64,000 nt of DNA from Anthoceros angustus (lineage: Eukaryota; Plantae; Anthocerotophyta). The translations under genes and the position numbers were made by a program. Positions 14,201 to 26,849 of the stretch are shown piece by piece (within the stretch, counting starts at the first letter, position 1; each line of letters opens with the position of its first letter). A model generated the notes under the pieces. That model was not told where the DNA came from. It was given only the letters and a program-made list of their open reading frames with translations, and made no database searches. The stretch lies in contig VJWM01000203.1 in the NCBI GenBank assembly GCA_010909165.1, positions 248,001 through 312,000 on the forward strand, in the 5' to 3' direction.

Positions 14201-14300
14201 CTAGGCACTTAAGCAACACACCCAAATGAAGTCCCAAACTCACTACGCAATGTCTGCCAGCTGTGCATGTAGCTTCCCAAATGCAGGGCCAGTGGACAGA
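11248..14300 (+). pseudogene. PLS-class PPR gene C, DYW:PG-WW type, degenerate DYW domain
   Basis: A 501-aa ORF (12357-13862) of PLS repeats, then KQPGQSWWTD..VHSFVVGDRK, GYVP and an out-of-frame LCGHSQKLAMS* at 14169-14204. Divergent from gene B. Confidence 0.9.
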
Positions 14301-14689
14301 CATGGCCACATGTCACGGAATTGGGTACAACCATGCCTTCCTGACATCCTTCCGTTCGAGAACCTGGAGACAATCGCTGATAGAATGCAGGGGTCGAACC
14401 TCCCCAGCCCTTTTGCTGACGCCTTTTGCTGACGACTTGGCCTCCCTCAACATTTGGGCCCTTGGCTTCCCCCGTGTGACAACGTCGTCGGCACCTCCAC
14501 AAGCCACGTCAGTTCTGGCAAACAGGCCAAAGATGTTTGTCGTGAATATTTTCGGGATCAGTTTCTTCATAATCTCGCTTTCATCATAATCAGGTTCTTC
14601 GTACAGTACCGTGCAGCAGCTCGAACCCTGCCATCTCATGACACGTACAGCTGCTGGTCCTAAGTCTGCAGTCAAGAGGAAGCTCACTA

Positions 14690-15230
14690 CAGTCGGCCCC
14701 CCCTAATTGGGAATTCTATAAATGGGATTCCTCTCTAAATAGGACCTCCCATCCTACTCCCTTTAGTTTATAATGTAACAAATGGGACTTTTCCCTAAAT
14801 GATAATTGGGACCTTTTGAAGCATACATTCATGTTAGTTTCACCTCCCTAAATGGGATTTCTCATTTTTTTTACTAAAAAAATCTAAAAAAAAGAAAAAA
14901 GAATTCATTATTTCAGAGCTTTATAGACTTTTAGGTGTGATTGAAGACTCTTAAGCTAAGCTTTTTCCTTTATGATAGGTAGAGGTTTTTTGATGCTGCT
15001 TAGAGAGAGTGCTAGCTTTCAAACAACTATATAAAGAACTGGTAAAAGTTATTTTTAGTGAAACCTATCAATCAAAATTTAAATTTTCTTTTTTTTGGAT
15101 ATTTTTTGATTTGTTTTAAAGTTTATAATATTTTTATTATTTTTAAATAGGGAAAATACAATCGGGACACCTCCCTTAATGGGACCTCTAAAGGCACTCC
15201 GAACCAGTCCCAATTAGGGGGGGTGGACTG
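14690..15230. mobile_element. Non-autonomous Tc1/mariner-type MITE (541 bp)
   Basis: 23-bp TIRs CAGTCGGCCCCCCCTAATTGGGA / TCCCAATTAGGGGGGGTGGACTG (2 mismatches). TA on both sides (14688-89, 15231-32). AT-rich non-coding interior. Confidence 0.85.
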
Positions 15231-16598
15231 TACATTGCTAGAACATTTACAAACCAAAAATCTATCCTACCCAGCCAGAAGAGGATCCATCAGGGATCAG
15301 TTTCAGGGGCTGAACCCTGTAAACTGGAGTAGACAGGGTCCCGCCAGGTCACGACTGTTTCCCTGGGGCCTCCGCAGGACTCCTGAAGGAAACAGAATTA
15401 GGCAGAGAAATCGTCCTTCCTTCAACACAAATCCGGGCGTGCACCTGCCGCCATCCTAGCTCCTGCTGCAGGGAAGGGCACAAGGCGAGACTGCCGAAAA
15501 TGACCGGACTTGGAAACCCACCACAGAGGAGCCCCTCATCTGGCACCTGCCTTTGGACGAGTAACAGGCACGTTATCAGTAGGAAAATGGTCACATCCAG
15601 GGACACAGTCCCGAGGCTAGCCAAAATCCAGGGCGCTTTGCCTACCATTTCATCCCTGCATTAGGACCAGGATGGCAACCAGGTGAATAAGATGTGAAGT
15701 GACGTCTTCTTGCAGTAATCGAATCCCCTTCAAGAGACGTAGGAATGACAATCCCGTTCGCATTAGTATATGAGTTGGGCGACCCAAAATCCCCAAAACA
15801 GAGCGCCCCCAGATGCCCATTTGGAAATACATGGGAAGGCTCGATACGAATGTGGTTCTGCTGTTTCCAAAATGCCGAACTTTGAGAAGAAGTCACCAAA
15901 CAACACACACATTCTATTGCACACACCAATCCATAGCAAGTCGATGCGTCTACAGTGCATTGGTGCTGTAGCCATAGATAACGGAGTTCCCACCACAGAA
16001 TACCCAGCTGAGATGCACCCAGCAGAAATTGGTAGGCAGCCTCTTCAGAAGAGTGATTCCCTCGGATGTAAAGAATATTCATGAAACGACAACAAATATG
16101 CAGCCCAGTGCCTTCACAACCCATGGTCTGGTGCCTACAGGTCCATTTCGTGGGGAACTGAGTGGGACTGCTCTGATCAGTCAAGCTCTTGCAGCCAGGC
16201 TTCTTGCTTGTCCCCGGCTCGCCAGTTGTTAGAAGATACTGAAGCACAGATGAAGTTTGAATTAGCCATTACTCATGGAGCAGGGCAGGATGTCATTCCT
16301 GGCCATTCATGCATGCTCAGACCGGAGCATCCCTCCTTCACCAACCAGGGGCCTGCTGTTGTTCATGAATTCTGGAACGTGTTCAAGAGTCACAATCTTG
16401 AACCACTCAAAAGATGAATTCAGAGGTGGCCATCAGCAAAGACTGACGTGAAACAAAGCAGGATTGGGCTACACATCCTTATACCACTACCCAATCACGT
16501 GGTGCAGATCGCTCCTCCAGTCATGTACCAAATCCGGGTGATGCTGCAACACACGTCGTTTGAGTAGCTCCCATCAGAGTTTCTCATAAACACGTCTG

Positions 16599-19500
16599 TC
16601 AATTCCCTCTGCATACACGTTGGGCACACCCATGCCACTCCTCGTCCTCCCTCAGGCCTTTTCCGAAATTGCACCTATGCAGTTGGAATATCTCGCCGAT
16701 GTGATCCTTTACCAACGGCTTGACCAGATCCCTCAGGGTAATCCATGCCTCCTTCACGGAAATGTCCTGGTCCGCCGATGGACCTGTCAGGTTGAGATCT
16801 ACCTTGGACAGGTCTGCGTCCAGAGAGGCCGCAGTGAGATACAGCGTTCCATCCAAGCTGGTGAAGGGTCGGGAACCGCATTCCCAATGCCGGCAGCCAC
16901 ATGTAGGCCAGCTTTCACTAGGAAAACCAAAACCTTGATACCTCTGATTGCTAGGGGCCTGATCCACTTCCACTTCGCATCCTCCAATGTCAAGTCGAAT
17001 CCAGTTTGGCCCTCCACGATGTGATTCCCAAAGATATTTTCGCACATGAAGTGCAGCTTAGCCGCTTTGCCCACACGCACCCCTGCAATCAACTCTGTAC
17101 TACACCCACGTCTGCAGTGGTGATGTAGGGACGTCTGGGTATCTGACTGCTTTCTAATTTTGCAGAGAAATTCATAATCTCATCCATCTTAGAAAGCAAA
17201 ATTGTTGAGTAGCTTCCTGCTCAGCCCTGATAGCGCTCATCTCATGTTGGATAAGTTGCAAAGTCTCGCCAATTCTATCCACTTTGACTCCCACTGCTTT
17301 CACCTCTGTCTCCACCATTTTCACGTTGTGCTCCAAAGCTCTTATCCCTTGAATGATGGTTTGCAGTTGCTCCCCATCTCCGAGTGAGTTGTTCCAGGGA
17401 GGGATATAGTACGTCGGACGCTGGCAGACCGAGACGTTTGAACTGGTGCGTCTTGTTGTGCGAGCACCCCTTTCTCTGTAGGCAGGACTTCCTCTACAGC
17501 TGCATCTATGTTGGATATGGTTTGAAGGAGACCTGTTCGTCGCCTTTGCAAGACATCCAAGAGTTCACCAGCACTTAAGAGCTCTTTAGCTCGCTCAAAG
17601 GCATTCTCAAAAGGCTTCAGGACATTCTGGCCACCACCATTTGAAGTCGGCCAGATCCCATGAGGAGAAAATCTCCCTGTACAGTCATGTTGGTCTGCAA
17701 AAACACGCTTCAGCAAATCCTGCGTTAGCACTGACTGATTATGCCGGTAGATACAGAGTGTGAGGTTTTCGACACACTCGGTCCTGATAATTCCTTCCAC
17801 AAGCTCGACTCCCGGACTGCCTTCAGGGAAGCACAAAAGATTTCAACTTTGCAATCACATGTTCCTTGAGAAACTCGATAGTTTCATCTTTGCTCTTGGA
17901 TGACCTCACCAGAATATCGATATGGTCACCGATGTCCCCGGTGTCCTCTCCGATATCCCCACTGCTTTCCAAAACACATCCATACCATCACACCAAAACT
18001 TGATGAGGTTGCGTTCAATACGATATTGATGAGGTTGCATGCCATGGAATCCGAACAAATCCTTTCGAAGGCAGACCTACAATACGCAAACCTCCACAAT
18101 GTCAGTAAACAGGTTGAAGACACACACCATCAAAACAAAGACATGTTGGTAGTTATCGTACTTGGAATCTAGGAAAAAGCCTGGACCAAGAAACGTCTTC
18201 GTCTTGTCAAGGCACTGTAACCTCCTTCCGAGGTAGATGTAATTGCTTGCTGTATCAGCAGTTTCCCAGTTCAACTGTCGTCTCCCAGGATCAGCGTCAC
18301 CATTACCGGCGGCCATGGTGAAGGGAACAAAGAATCCGACACGTCGAGTCCCATCCTCTTCATAGCATAAGTTGAGAGTGGTCATCAATGATACCAGATG
18401 TTGCCTTTCAATCCCCTCCGCTTGTGTGCCTCTGAGAATCTCATCCAAGGTGGAATGAAGCAGACTTTGAGCAACAAATCCATCTGAGGAATACGACAAA
18501 CCTCTAGTAGACGGAGACATGCTGTGGTTAGAAGGTGAATGAGTCGCCCTAAAAATTGTGACTCATCCAGTGTGGATTTATCACCACAACATCTGTATCT
18601 TGAAAACAGATGATACTACCCACATCATGCAAATAGGCAAGAATGGCTCCCAATCGTTCCCCTCATCTTGAACCCCACCTTCGTGGAGACTCTTCAGCTC
18701 GTTTTGGAACAAAGTTTGAAGTTGCTGTTTCCTCACCATTGGTTGAGCTGGATGTTGGGATACCCAGGCAGTCAAATCAGCACTCAATCGGTTGCATACC
18801 TCGGGTACCCAAAACAGTTTAGTTGCAAATAGAGCTCGAAACGATTCCATGAGTGCGTCCAGCAAGGGCTTCACACTCTTGGCAGATCGAGCGTCCATGG
18901 AGAAGAGTGTTTTGTTTCCACGTGAACAACCTGTTCAAACTCGGTGGCCAACTCTGTCAGAACGGGTTGAAGGAGATTGGGTAATGCTTCAGCATCAGAA
19001 CGCTTCATCTTATCCACATGAGTTGCCACCACAAATATTTGAGGCAAAGTAGAGCCCACGTTGCGACAATTGGAGTTGATGAACCTAAGCCAGTACGCCA
19101 AGCTCCTTCTGAACCTGTCCTGCAGGACATTAGACGGATGCACCTGGGGAGGTTTCCGATCATCAAATGGGCTGAACGCAAACAGGAAGATACATGCTTG
19201 GTTGAAGGTCGGAAAAGGTAGTCTTGCAGAGCTCGGTAGTGAGCTTGTCCAGCCAGATCCCACATGGTAACTTGCATATCATGGTCGTTGCGCAACACCT
19301 CGATTTCTATGCCTTCCGTTCTGGTACCGGTGACGGAAGCCATCCGTCGCCAAGCCCGAAATATTTTTCCCTTCAGTCGAGCTAGAACTTGGCTGAGCTG
19401 GAACTCGGGTGATGCGGCTGTGTCGTCTCCATGCGCGAATCATGGTGGTGCGGAGAGTGGTCTTCCTGCCAAAGGGCACCGCACAGGAAGAGGCGCCCAG

Positions 19501-20851
19501 CCTTGGGCCTCACAGGCCCTTGCCTGCCCACGAGCAAAGGCCAGTAAGCCTCTTGAGTGGCATTGCCTGCCAAGGCTGCATTGATGATTGCGTCCTTTCC
19601 TTCCGCTTCCCATGTTGTCCCCACGATGTTGATCTCCCGTAACGTCTTGTTGACTTGAATACAGTTCATCAAGTCTCTAAACATGTCATGATCCAGGGCG
19701 TCCCAGCCAGAAATGTCGAGCTTTTTCAGAGATGCGTTGCCCTCCAAGGATCTCAGCAACTCTTTCTTGAACGAGGCGTGGCCCTCGAGTCCCCTCAATT
19801 TCAGGACACGCAGTGCTTTGCAGTCCGGGAGCAACTGGACAAGGCGCATCCACTCATCCGTCGCAGCTGATGGCGTACTGGAGCCCCAGAGATTAAGTCT
19901 AGATATGGTGGAGTTGTGGCGTAACCCGTCCAGGCCGTGGATGAGAGCATATGGAGTGGTCTCCAGGATCTCGATACGATCGTTGGTGCGCAGCATTCCG
20001 GCCAGGGCGTCTGCCAGGCCTGCCTCCCCATCCTTCGAGATACCCAAATAAAGCATTGTGACGCCAGAGATGGAGGCATTCTCATCCTTATCCGCGCGGG
20101 TGAAAGCAAGTTTGAGCACAGTGGCCATGGGCCCGAGGCCGCCGGGAATGGGACCCCGCAATGCAACGCCATCATCCAACACCAGTGTCCGGAGCGTGGC
20201 ACAGAGCGGAAGAGCATTTGCGATACACTGGGCTCCCGCCACATCCATGCCGATGTTTTGCAGTGACAGACGCTTGAGACGGGGAGCCGTGGCCAGAATG
20301 CGGGCCAGGTGCTGTGCCCCTTTAGCACCTCCCACCTCGTTCCCTTCTAAGTCCAAGTTCTCCAGGACAGAATCCTTGTTGAAGCCTTTGGCCAGGGCAC
20401 CCAGTCCGGCGGCATCAAGCCCAACAAACGGTGCTGAAAGCCTTCGTAAGGTGCGACTGGATGCAACAAGCTGGCCCAGAGCCTCGCAAGCAGCCTGCCT
20501 TCCAAAACCTTTACAAGCACCCACATCCAGTACGTGCAGGTAAGGGTTGGACGCCAGGCCCCCCAACAGAACCGACACTTCATCCTCCCGATCCAAGCCG
20601 ATGGCCCACTCGGACTCAATGCGTATGAACCAGAATTGGCGGCAGTTGGCAATGGCTGTCAACACCCGCTTGCGCACTCGCCAGTGCCTTCCCTCATCAC
20701 CACGGATTCGATCAGTGAAGTAGCCGCCATACTCTTCAACAATATGCAGATCGGGTAGTTCGGGCAAGGCATTCCGGCCCAGATCTAGCAGCAGCTGCTG
20801 CAGCTGAACCGGCAGCGCGCGCCAATCCTCCGCCTCATGCTCTTCCGCCAT
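16599..20851 (-). pseudogene. TORNADO1-like LRR-Roc-COR (ROCO) protein, frameshifted
   Basis: A 489-aa ORF with RI-type LRRs (LENLDLEGNEVGGAKGAQHLARIL; LKRLSLQNIGMDVAGAQCIANAL). Roc motifs ..KTTL (P-loop, split by a frameshift), WDLAGQ and VATHVDK. COR segments follow. The C-terminal KLHFMCE..H.VEGQ..GLHVAAGIGNAVPD matches the TORNADO1 C-terminus. Confidence 0.85.
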
Positions 20852-21189
20852 GCTCTGCTCTGCTATGCTGTGCTATGCGAAGTGCCAGATCCCAGTGGCT
20901 AGAATGGAATGAGGGCCAGGCAGGTGCTGTGCTCCTCCACGCCACACCACATCCCCGCGGCCTTCAGCCCTGGCACAGGCTGGCAGCCAGGCCCCACGCA
21001 GCGAAACTTCCCACATGAACGGCGAAACAGGCCAAACTTAAACATGCTAAAATAAGTAAATGGGAATGGGAATTTGTCCGGGTCAGTCGAGATCGGGACA
21101 CCGGAACGGAACGGGAAACGGATCCCGTGCACGGTCCCTGTGATGAATGATGGGATGGGTTGGGTGCAATGATATGGGGAAGTGATGAT

Positions 21190-23428
21190 TTATTGAGGTG
21201 AAAGAACGATGGAAAGAGACCATCTAGGAAGGGACAACAAATGGGGACCCGGGGGTCGGAGTGAAGAGGAGCATGCCTTTGCTGGCTTCTTCACAGCACC
21301 TGCTGCCTTTCTCAAGCTTTCTATTGTATCAACAGCATCCCACCAGCCTGCTTTGGCATACATGTTACCCAACAACACATAGGCACTTGCATTTTCTGGT
21401 TCCAGCTCTACAAGATGGTCAAAGCATCGATGCCCACGCTTTACATCCCCGTGGCTTTTGCAAGCACTCAGCAAAGCCTTCCAGCCCACGGCCACATTCA
21501 TACATGAGAGAGTTTGCAGAATATTTTCAGCCTCATCCAGATAACCTGACCGACCAAGGAGACTGACCATGCAACTATAGTGATATTCAGTGGGAGTGAT
21601 TCCATGTTCCTCAACCATCATCCTAAAATATCGCAGGCCCTCATGTACCAGGCCTGCATGACTGCATGCCACGAAAAGACAAGTGAAACTTGTTTCATCT
21701 GGTTGGATTCCTTGCTGAAGCATCTCTTCAAAACACTGAATTGCCATGTGACCATCTCCGTGTTCAGCATACCCATTGATCATAGCTGTCCATGTCACCA
21801 GATTTTGAGTGGCCATCATGTCAAACACTTTTCGGGCTTCTTCTAAACTCCCGCATTTGGAGTACATATCCACCAAGCAGCTGCCGAGGAGCACATCATC
21901 TTCCAAACAAGCTTGCTGGATCTGCCTAGCAAGCTGCTTCCCCTGCTGAAGGGCACCCACATTGGTACATGCCCGAAGGAGGCACCCAAGGGTGAAGGAG
22001 TCCAGTGGGGAGATGCCCTCCTCTTGCATGCTTGCATACAGAGACAGAGCTTCTCGACTCAGCTCCTGCTGCGCATACAATGCAACCATGGTAGTCCACA
22101 TTTCCACATCCCTGTTGGGGAAAGTGTCAAACACTTTGCGAGCATCCTCCAAGCTCCCACATTTTGCGTACATACTCACCAGGCAGTTACCGATGACCAC
22201 ATCAGCTTCAAGGCCTCTTTGTCGAATCTGCGAGTGAAGCTGCTTCCCCTGCTGCAGTGCTCCGACAGCAGCACATGCCTGAAGAACGCAAACAAACGTC
22301 ACGCGATTGGCTAGACCGATGCCCTCTTGTTGCATACTTGCATATAGAGCTAGGGCTTCTGTCCCGAGCCCCTGCTGAGTATATCCATCAATCAGGGCAG
22401 TCCATGTCACCACATCTCTTGTGGGCATGCTTTCAAACACCTTGCGGGCCTCATTCAAGCCTCCACACTTGGCGTACATGTTCACCAGGCTGTTCATGAC
22501 AAAAGATCCGTCTTCTCCGCACTAGCCTGAATATGTACATGAACCTCCTTGCCCGATACCAGGTCCTGTGCTGAGGCACACGCCTTGAGGACTGCCACGA
22601 AGACATGGTTATTCGGCTTCGCACCGACTGCTCGCAATTGTAGATAGAGGTTGATAGCCTGCGCATGCTGCCCGTGCCGGACATGCGCCAGAATCATGGA
22701 CGCCCACATGTGAATGCTGGGAACAGGCACTCGGGCAAAGGCCTCAACTGCATCATCCAACCTGCCATGAGAGGAGTACATCCCAATGATGTGGTTGACC
22801 AAGAATGCGTTCGAGCCGTACCCACATCGGAGTGCCAGAGCATGCACGCGCTCACCACAGCCGAGATTCTTCTCTGCCATGCACCTCTTCAGGACGCGAT
22901 AAAAGAGCGTGTCGGAGACATGGCATCCTCGTTGCACCAGGGTGTCCAATGCCTCGACAGCAGCATTCAGCTCCGCCTCTTCGCAACATTTGCTCAGGCT
23001 GTGGAACATGGGATCAAGTGCAGGTGAGGCACGAGGCCCCTCATGAGGACATCTAACCTGGCCAGCTGCGCGTCCACCCAAGCCGGCTTACGAGCGCTGT
23101 TGAGCCACAGCGGCTCCCTGGAGGTCTTGTGCCTGAAGTCGGGATGCGTGGGACCCCTCTTGTCCGGTCTGTTATCCCACCAGTCTGAGGGATCCTGGAA
23201 GAATCGATGCCACAGCTGCTCCAGCCGCTGTTCTTCCTCTTCATTCCGCTGGGAGGCTTGGCCGCCTCCCACTTGGGCAAGTGCAGAAGCCAAGGGTCGG
23301 GATGCGGCTGGGTAGCAGCCGGATTTGCCAGCGGCGGCAGCACCACGCACAAGTCCGTCTGCATCATTGCCATGGGATCTCTGAACTGCTGGCCTCCCTG
23401 GACATGAAGGGAAGGGAAGCGCAGGCAT
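21190..23428 (-). pseudogene. PDF-motif + PLS-class PPR gene D, ending at a DYW:KP-type KP box (DYW domain lost)
   Basis: N-terminal WHRFFQDPSDWWDNRPDKRGPTHPDFRHKTSREPLWL. A 435-aa ORF of PLS/E motifs ends AGAVKKPAKAC (21271-21291) and then unrelated sequence. Confidence 0.88.
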
Positions 23429-24299
23429 CTGATTTCGTTAACAGTTCATAGCTCTGCGACACCTGCTGTTCATACCCTTCCCTACATGACCAAAAGCCTT
23501 CCCACTTGCACAGCATGCATTGAAAGAAGCCTCTTGAGAGCTGGATTGCGGTGGGGATGGATGAAGCGGAAGCAGAGAATCCCCGCAGATACGGCGGGAA
23601 GAACGCCCCGGACTAGGGTTTAAGGTCTAAAACGACGGTGCTTGCGTAAGCCTGCGGTCCGATTCGCTGAGATGTTTTTCGCCTCAAGCCATCGGCGGGC
23701 GTGTGTCGGTCCATGGAACTGTGGATGTCGAGTGACTGACTGTGTCTGCCTGAATCCAGACTGCTTCTTCTTCGAATGCTGTTGCCTTGACAGGGTAAGT
23801 GTTTCACTGTTTGTGCTCAACATACCTCCCACTTCGGCGCTTTTTTTTTTTTTTCCAGTGGATCCAATTCAGCTCTTTTGCTCAAGGCTCCAGATAGATT
23901 TTGGAAGGGGACACTGTCTTCACTAGTTCGGTAAGTGATATCAGGAGCCGGACGGGATGCAATAATTCTCCAAAGCTCCAATGCTCAAGGTTAGGAAATG
24001 TTGTCATGGAGCAGGAAGCAACAGTTACTCCACTCTCCGGCTAAGCAAATGGGCTTGCAAGCTAAATTGATTCATGTAGGAAGCTGCCTGGTGTGTTCGA
24101 CACATGCTGACATGGGATGTGGTTCGTTACAGGATATGTCTTGCAAGCGTGGGGGCAACGTGCCTTGCATCAGTGTGGAGCACAAAGCTAATCTTGAGAT
24201 TCTGCAGGAACACAAGAAGAATGGATGCTCTTTTCCAGCCGTTTATTCTGCCATGCATCAGCCGGCACGAACGGTAGCCATCCTCATGTTTCTTTCTCA

Positions 24300-24855
24300 A
24301 GACCTCTGATGCCTGCTTCTCTCAGGAGGGGGGAGCGCCCTTGAAACCATTCGTCCTGTGCCGAGGAAGGTTGCAAAACGGTGCGTCCACCATCCAGGAC
24401 AAGGTTTTGGCCGGTGATGTAGCCGCCTTCAGGGCTGGCAAGGAAGGCAACGGCAGCGGCCACCTGCTCCACCGTCAGCGCCTGACCCTTCACCAACGAC
24501 TGGCTCTTCACCATCTCCTTGGCGGCCTCTAGGGTTAGGTCGAAACCCTGCAGACGCTTGAGTGTCATGACTGAGTGCCGCATGAGTTGTGGCCACCGCG
24601 TCCGGGGACACCGCACTCACCCGGATCCCGTGGTCCTCAGCTCGAAGGCCGCGCTCCTCGCCAGGCCGACCACGGCGGACTTGGCGACGGTGTAGCTGTG
24701 CGGACCGAGGCCGGCTTGGAGAGACGCCGTGCTGGCGGTGATGATGACGGAGCCTCGCTGCGCCGGCTTCATCACCCTGGCCGCGTGCTTAGCCCGAGCA
24801 CGGGGCCCTTGAGCAGCACCGCCAAGGTGTAGTCGTACTCCTTCATGTCGAGCTC
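24300..24855 (-). pseudogene. Short-chain dehydrogenase/reductase C-terminal fragment (ABA2/secoisolariciresinol dehydrogenase-like), copy 1
   Basis: KHAARVMKPAQRGSVIITASTAS..GPHSYTVAKSAVVGL (YxxxK) and VAAAVAFLASPEGGYITGQNLVLDGG. No N-terminal Rossmann motif found. Confidence 0.85.
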
Positions 24856-24857
24856 GT

Positions 24858-24973
24858 ATTAGTATTAGTGTTAGTATTAGTATTAGTATTAGTATTAGTA
24901 TTATTAGTATTAGTATTATTAGTATTAGTATTAGTATTAGTATTAGTATTAGTATTAGTATTAGTATTAGTAT
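24858..24973. repeat. (AGTATT)n microsatellite
   Basis: Direct reading; repeated at ~26625-26740. Confidence 0.95.
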
Positions 24974-26064
24974 GGTCACCAAGTATTTGTAAATTACTCC
25001 TTCCTAGCTATTCCCATTGGTGACGTGAATTGCCCAAATATCCGGGTATGCAGAGTGAGGACTCGGCCCTTAAAGCGCTTGTTCTGCATGGACAAATGAA
25101 GGAAGAAGGCCTTATTTTGGCTGACCATGCTACTTTTGCTTGCCTTCCCAAGGCCTGTACAACCACGTGTGCCTTATGAAGGGAAGGGAAGCGCAGGCAT
25201 CTGATTTCGTTAACAGTTCATAGCTCTGCGACACCTGCTGTTCATACCCTTCCCTACATGACCAAAAGCCTTCCCACTTGCACAGCATGCATTGAAAGAA
25301 GCCTCTTGAGAGCTGGATTGCGGTGGGGATGGATGAAGCGGAAGCAGAGAATCCCCGCAGATACGGCGGGAAGAACGCCCCGGACTAGGGTTTAAGGTCT
25401 AAAACGACGGTGCTTGCGTAAGCCTGCGGTCCGATTCGCTGAGATGTTTTTCGCCTCAAGCCATCGGCGGGCGTGTGTGTCGGTCCATGGAACTGTGGAT
25501 GTCGAGTGACTGACTGTGTCTGCCTGAATCCAGACTGCTTCTTCTTCGAATGCTGTTGCCTTGACAGGGTAAGTGTTTCACTGTTTGTGCTCAACACCTC
25601 CCACTTCGGCGCTTTTTTTTTTCCAGTGGATCCAATTCAGCTCTTTTGCTCAAGGCTGCAGATAGATTTTGGAAGGGACACTGTCTTCACTAGTTCGGTA
25701 AGTGATATCAGGAGCCGGACGGGATGCAATAATCCTCCAAAGCTCCAATGCTCAAGGTTAGGAAATGTTGTCATGGAGCAGGAAGCAACAGTTACTCCAC
25801 TCTCCGGCTAAGCAAATGGGCTTGCAAGCTAAATTGATTCATGTAGGAAGCTGCCTGGTGTGTTCGACACATGCTGACATGGGATGTGGTTCGTTACAGG
25901 ATATGTCTTGCAAGCGTGGGGCAACATGCCTTGCATCAGTGTGGAGCACAAAGCTAATCTTGAGATTCTGCAGGAACACAAGAAGAATGGATGCTCTTTT
26001 CCAGCCGTTTATTCTGCCATGCATCAGCCGGCACGAACGGTAGCCATCCTCATGTTTCATTCTC

Positions 26065-26622
26065 AAGACCTCTGATGCCTGCTTCTCTCAGGAGGGGAGC
26101 GCCCTTGAAACCATTCGTCCTGTGCCGAGGAAGGTTGCAAAACGGTGCGTCCACCATCCAGGACAAGGTTTTGGCCGGTGATGTAGCCGCCTTCAGGGCT
26201 GGCAAGGAAGGCAACGGCAGCGGCCACCTGCTCCACCGTCAGCGCCTGACCCTTCACCAACGACTGGCTCTTCACCATCTCCTTGGCGGCCTCTAGGGTT
26301 AGGTCGAAACCCTGCAGACGCTTGAGTGTCATGACTGAGTGCCGCATGAGAGTTGTGGCCACCGCGTCCGGGGACACCGCACTCACCCGGATCCCGTGGT
26401 CCCTCAGCTCGAAGGCCGCGCTCCTCGCCAGGCCGACCACGGCGGACTTGGCGACGGTGTAGCTGTGCGGACCGAGGCCGGCTTGGAGAGACGCCGTGCT
26501 GGCGGTGATGATGACGGAGCCTCGCTGCGCCGGCTTCATCACCCTGGCCGCGTGCTTAGCCCGAGCACGGGGCCCTTGAGCAGCACCGCCAAGGTGTAGT
26601 CGTACTCCTTCATGTCGAGCTC
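26065..26622 (-). pseudogene. SDR C-terminal fragment, copy 2
   Basis: Same motifs as copy 1, including ELRDHGIRVSAVSPDAVAT. Confidence 0.85.
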
Positions 26623-26849
26623 GTATTAGTATTAGTGTTAGTATTAGTATTAGTATTAGTATTAGTATTATTAGTATTAGTATTATTAGTATTAGTATTA
26701 GTATTAGTATTAGTATTAGTATTAGTATTAGTATTAGTATGGTCACCAAGTATTTGTAAATTACTCCTTCCTAGCTATTCCCATTGGTGACGTGAATTGC
26801 CCAAATATCCGGGTATGCAGAGTGAGGACTCGGCCCTTAAAGCGCTTGT

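Noticed and set aside
15300-16590. ORFs downstream of the first TORNADO1-like gene (possible RRM or zinc finger)
   Set aside because: Only vague similarity (FGDFFSKFG); not supportable without a profile search.
16599-20851. Assigning the symbol TRN1
   Set aside because: Several paralogs are present and orthology cannot be established from this window.
23480-24290. Short ORFs between PPR gene D and the SDR fragment
   Set aside because: No recognisable domain, and the frames differ between the two tandem copies.
24617-24982. ORFs beginning with poly-(IL), also 26063-26749
   Set aside because: They are translations of the (AGTATT)n microsatellite, not a transmembrane domain.
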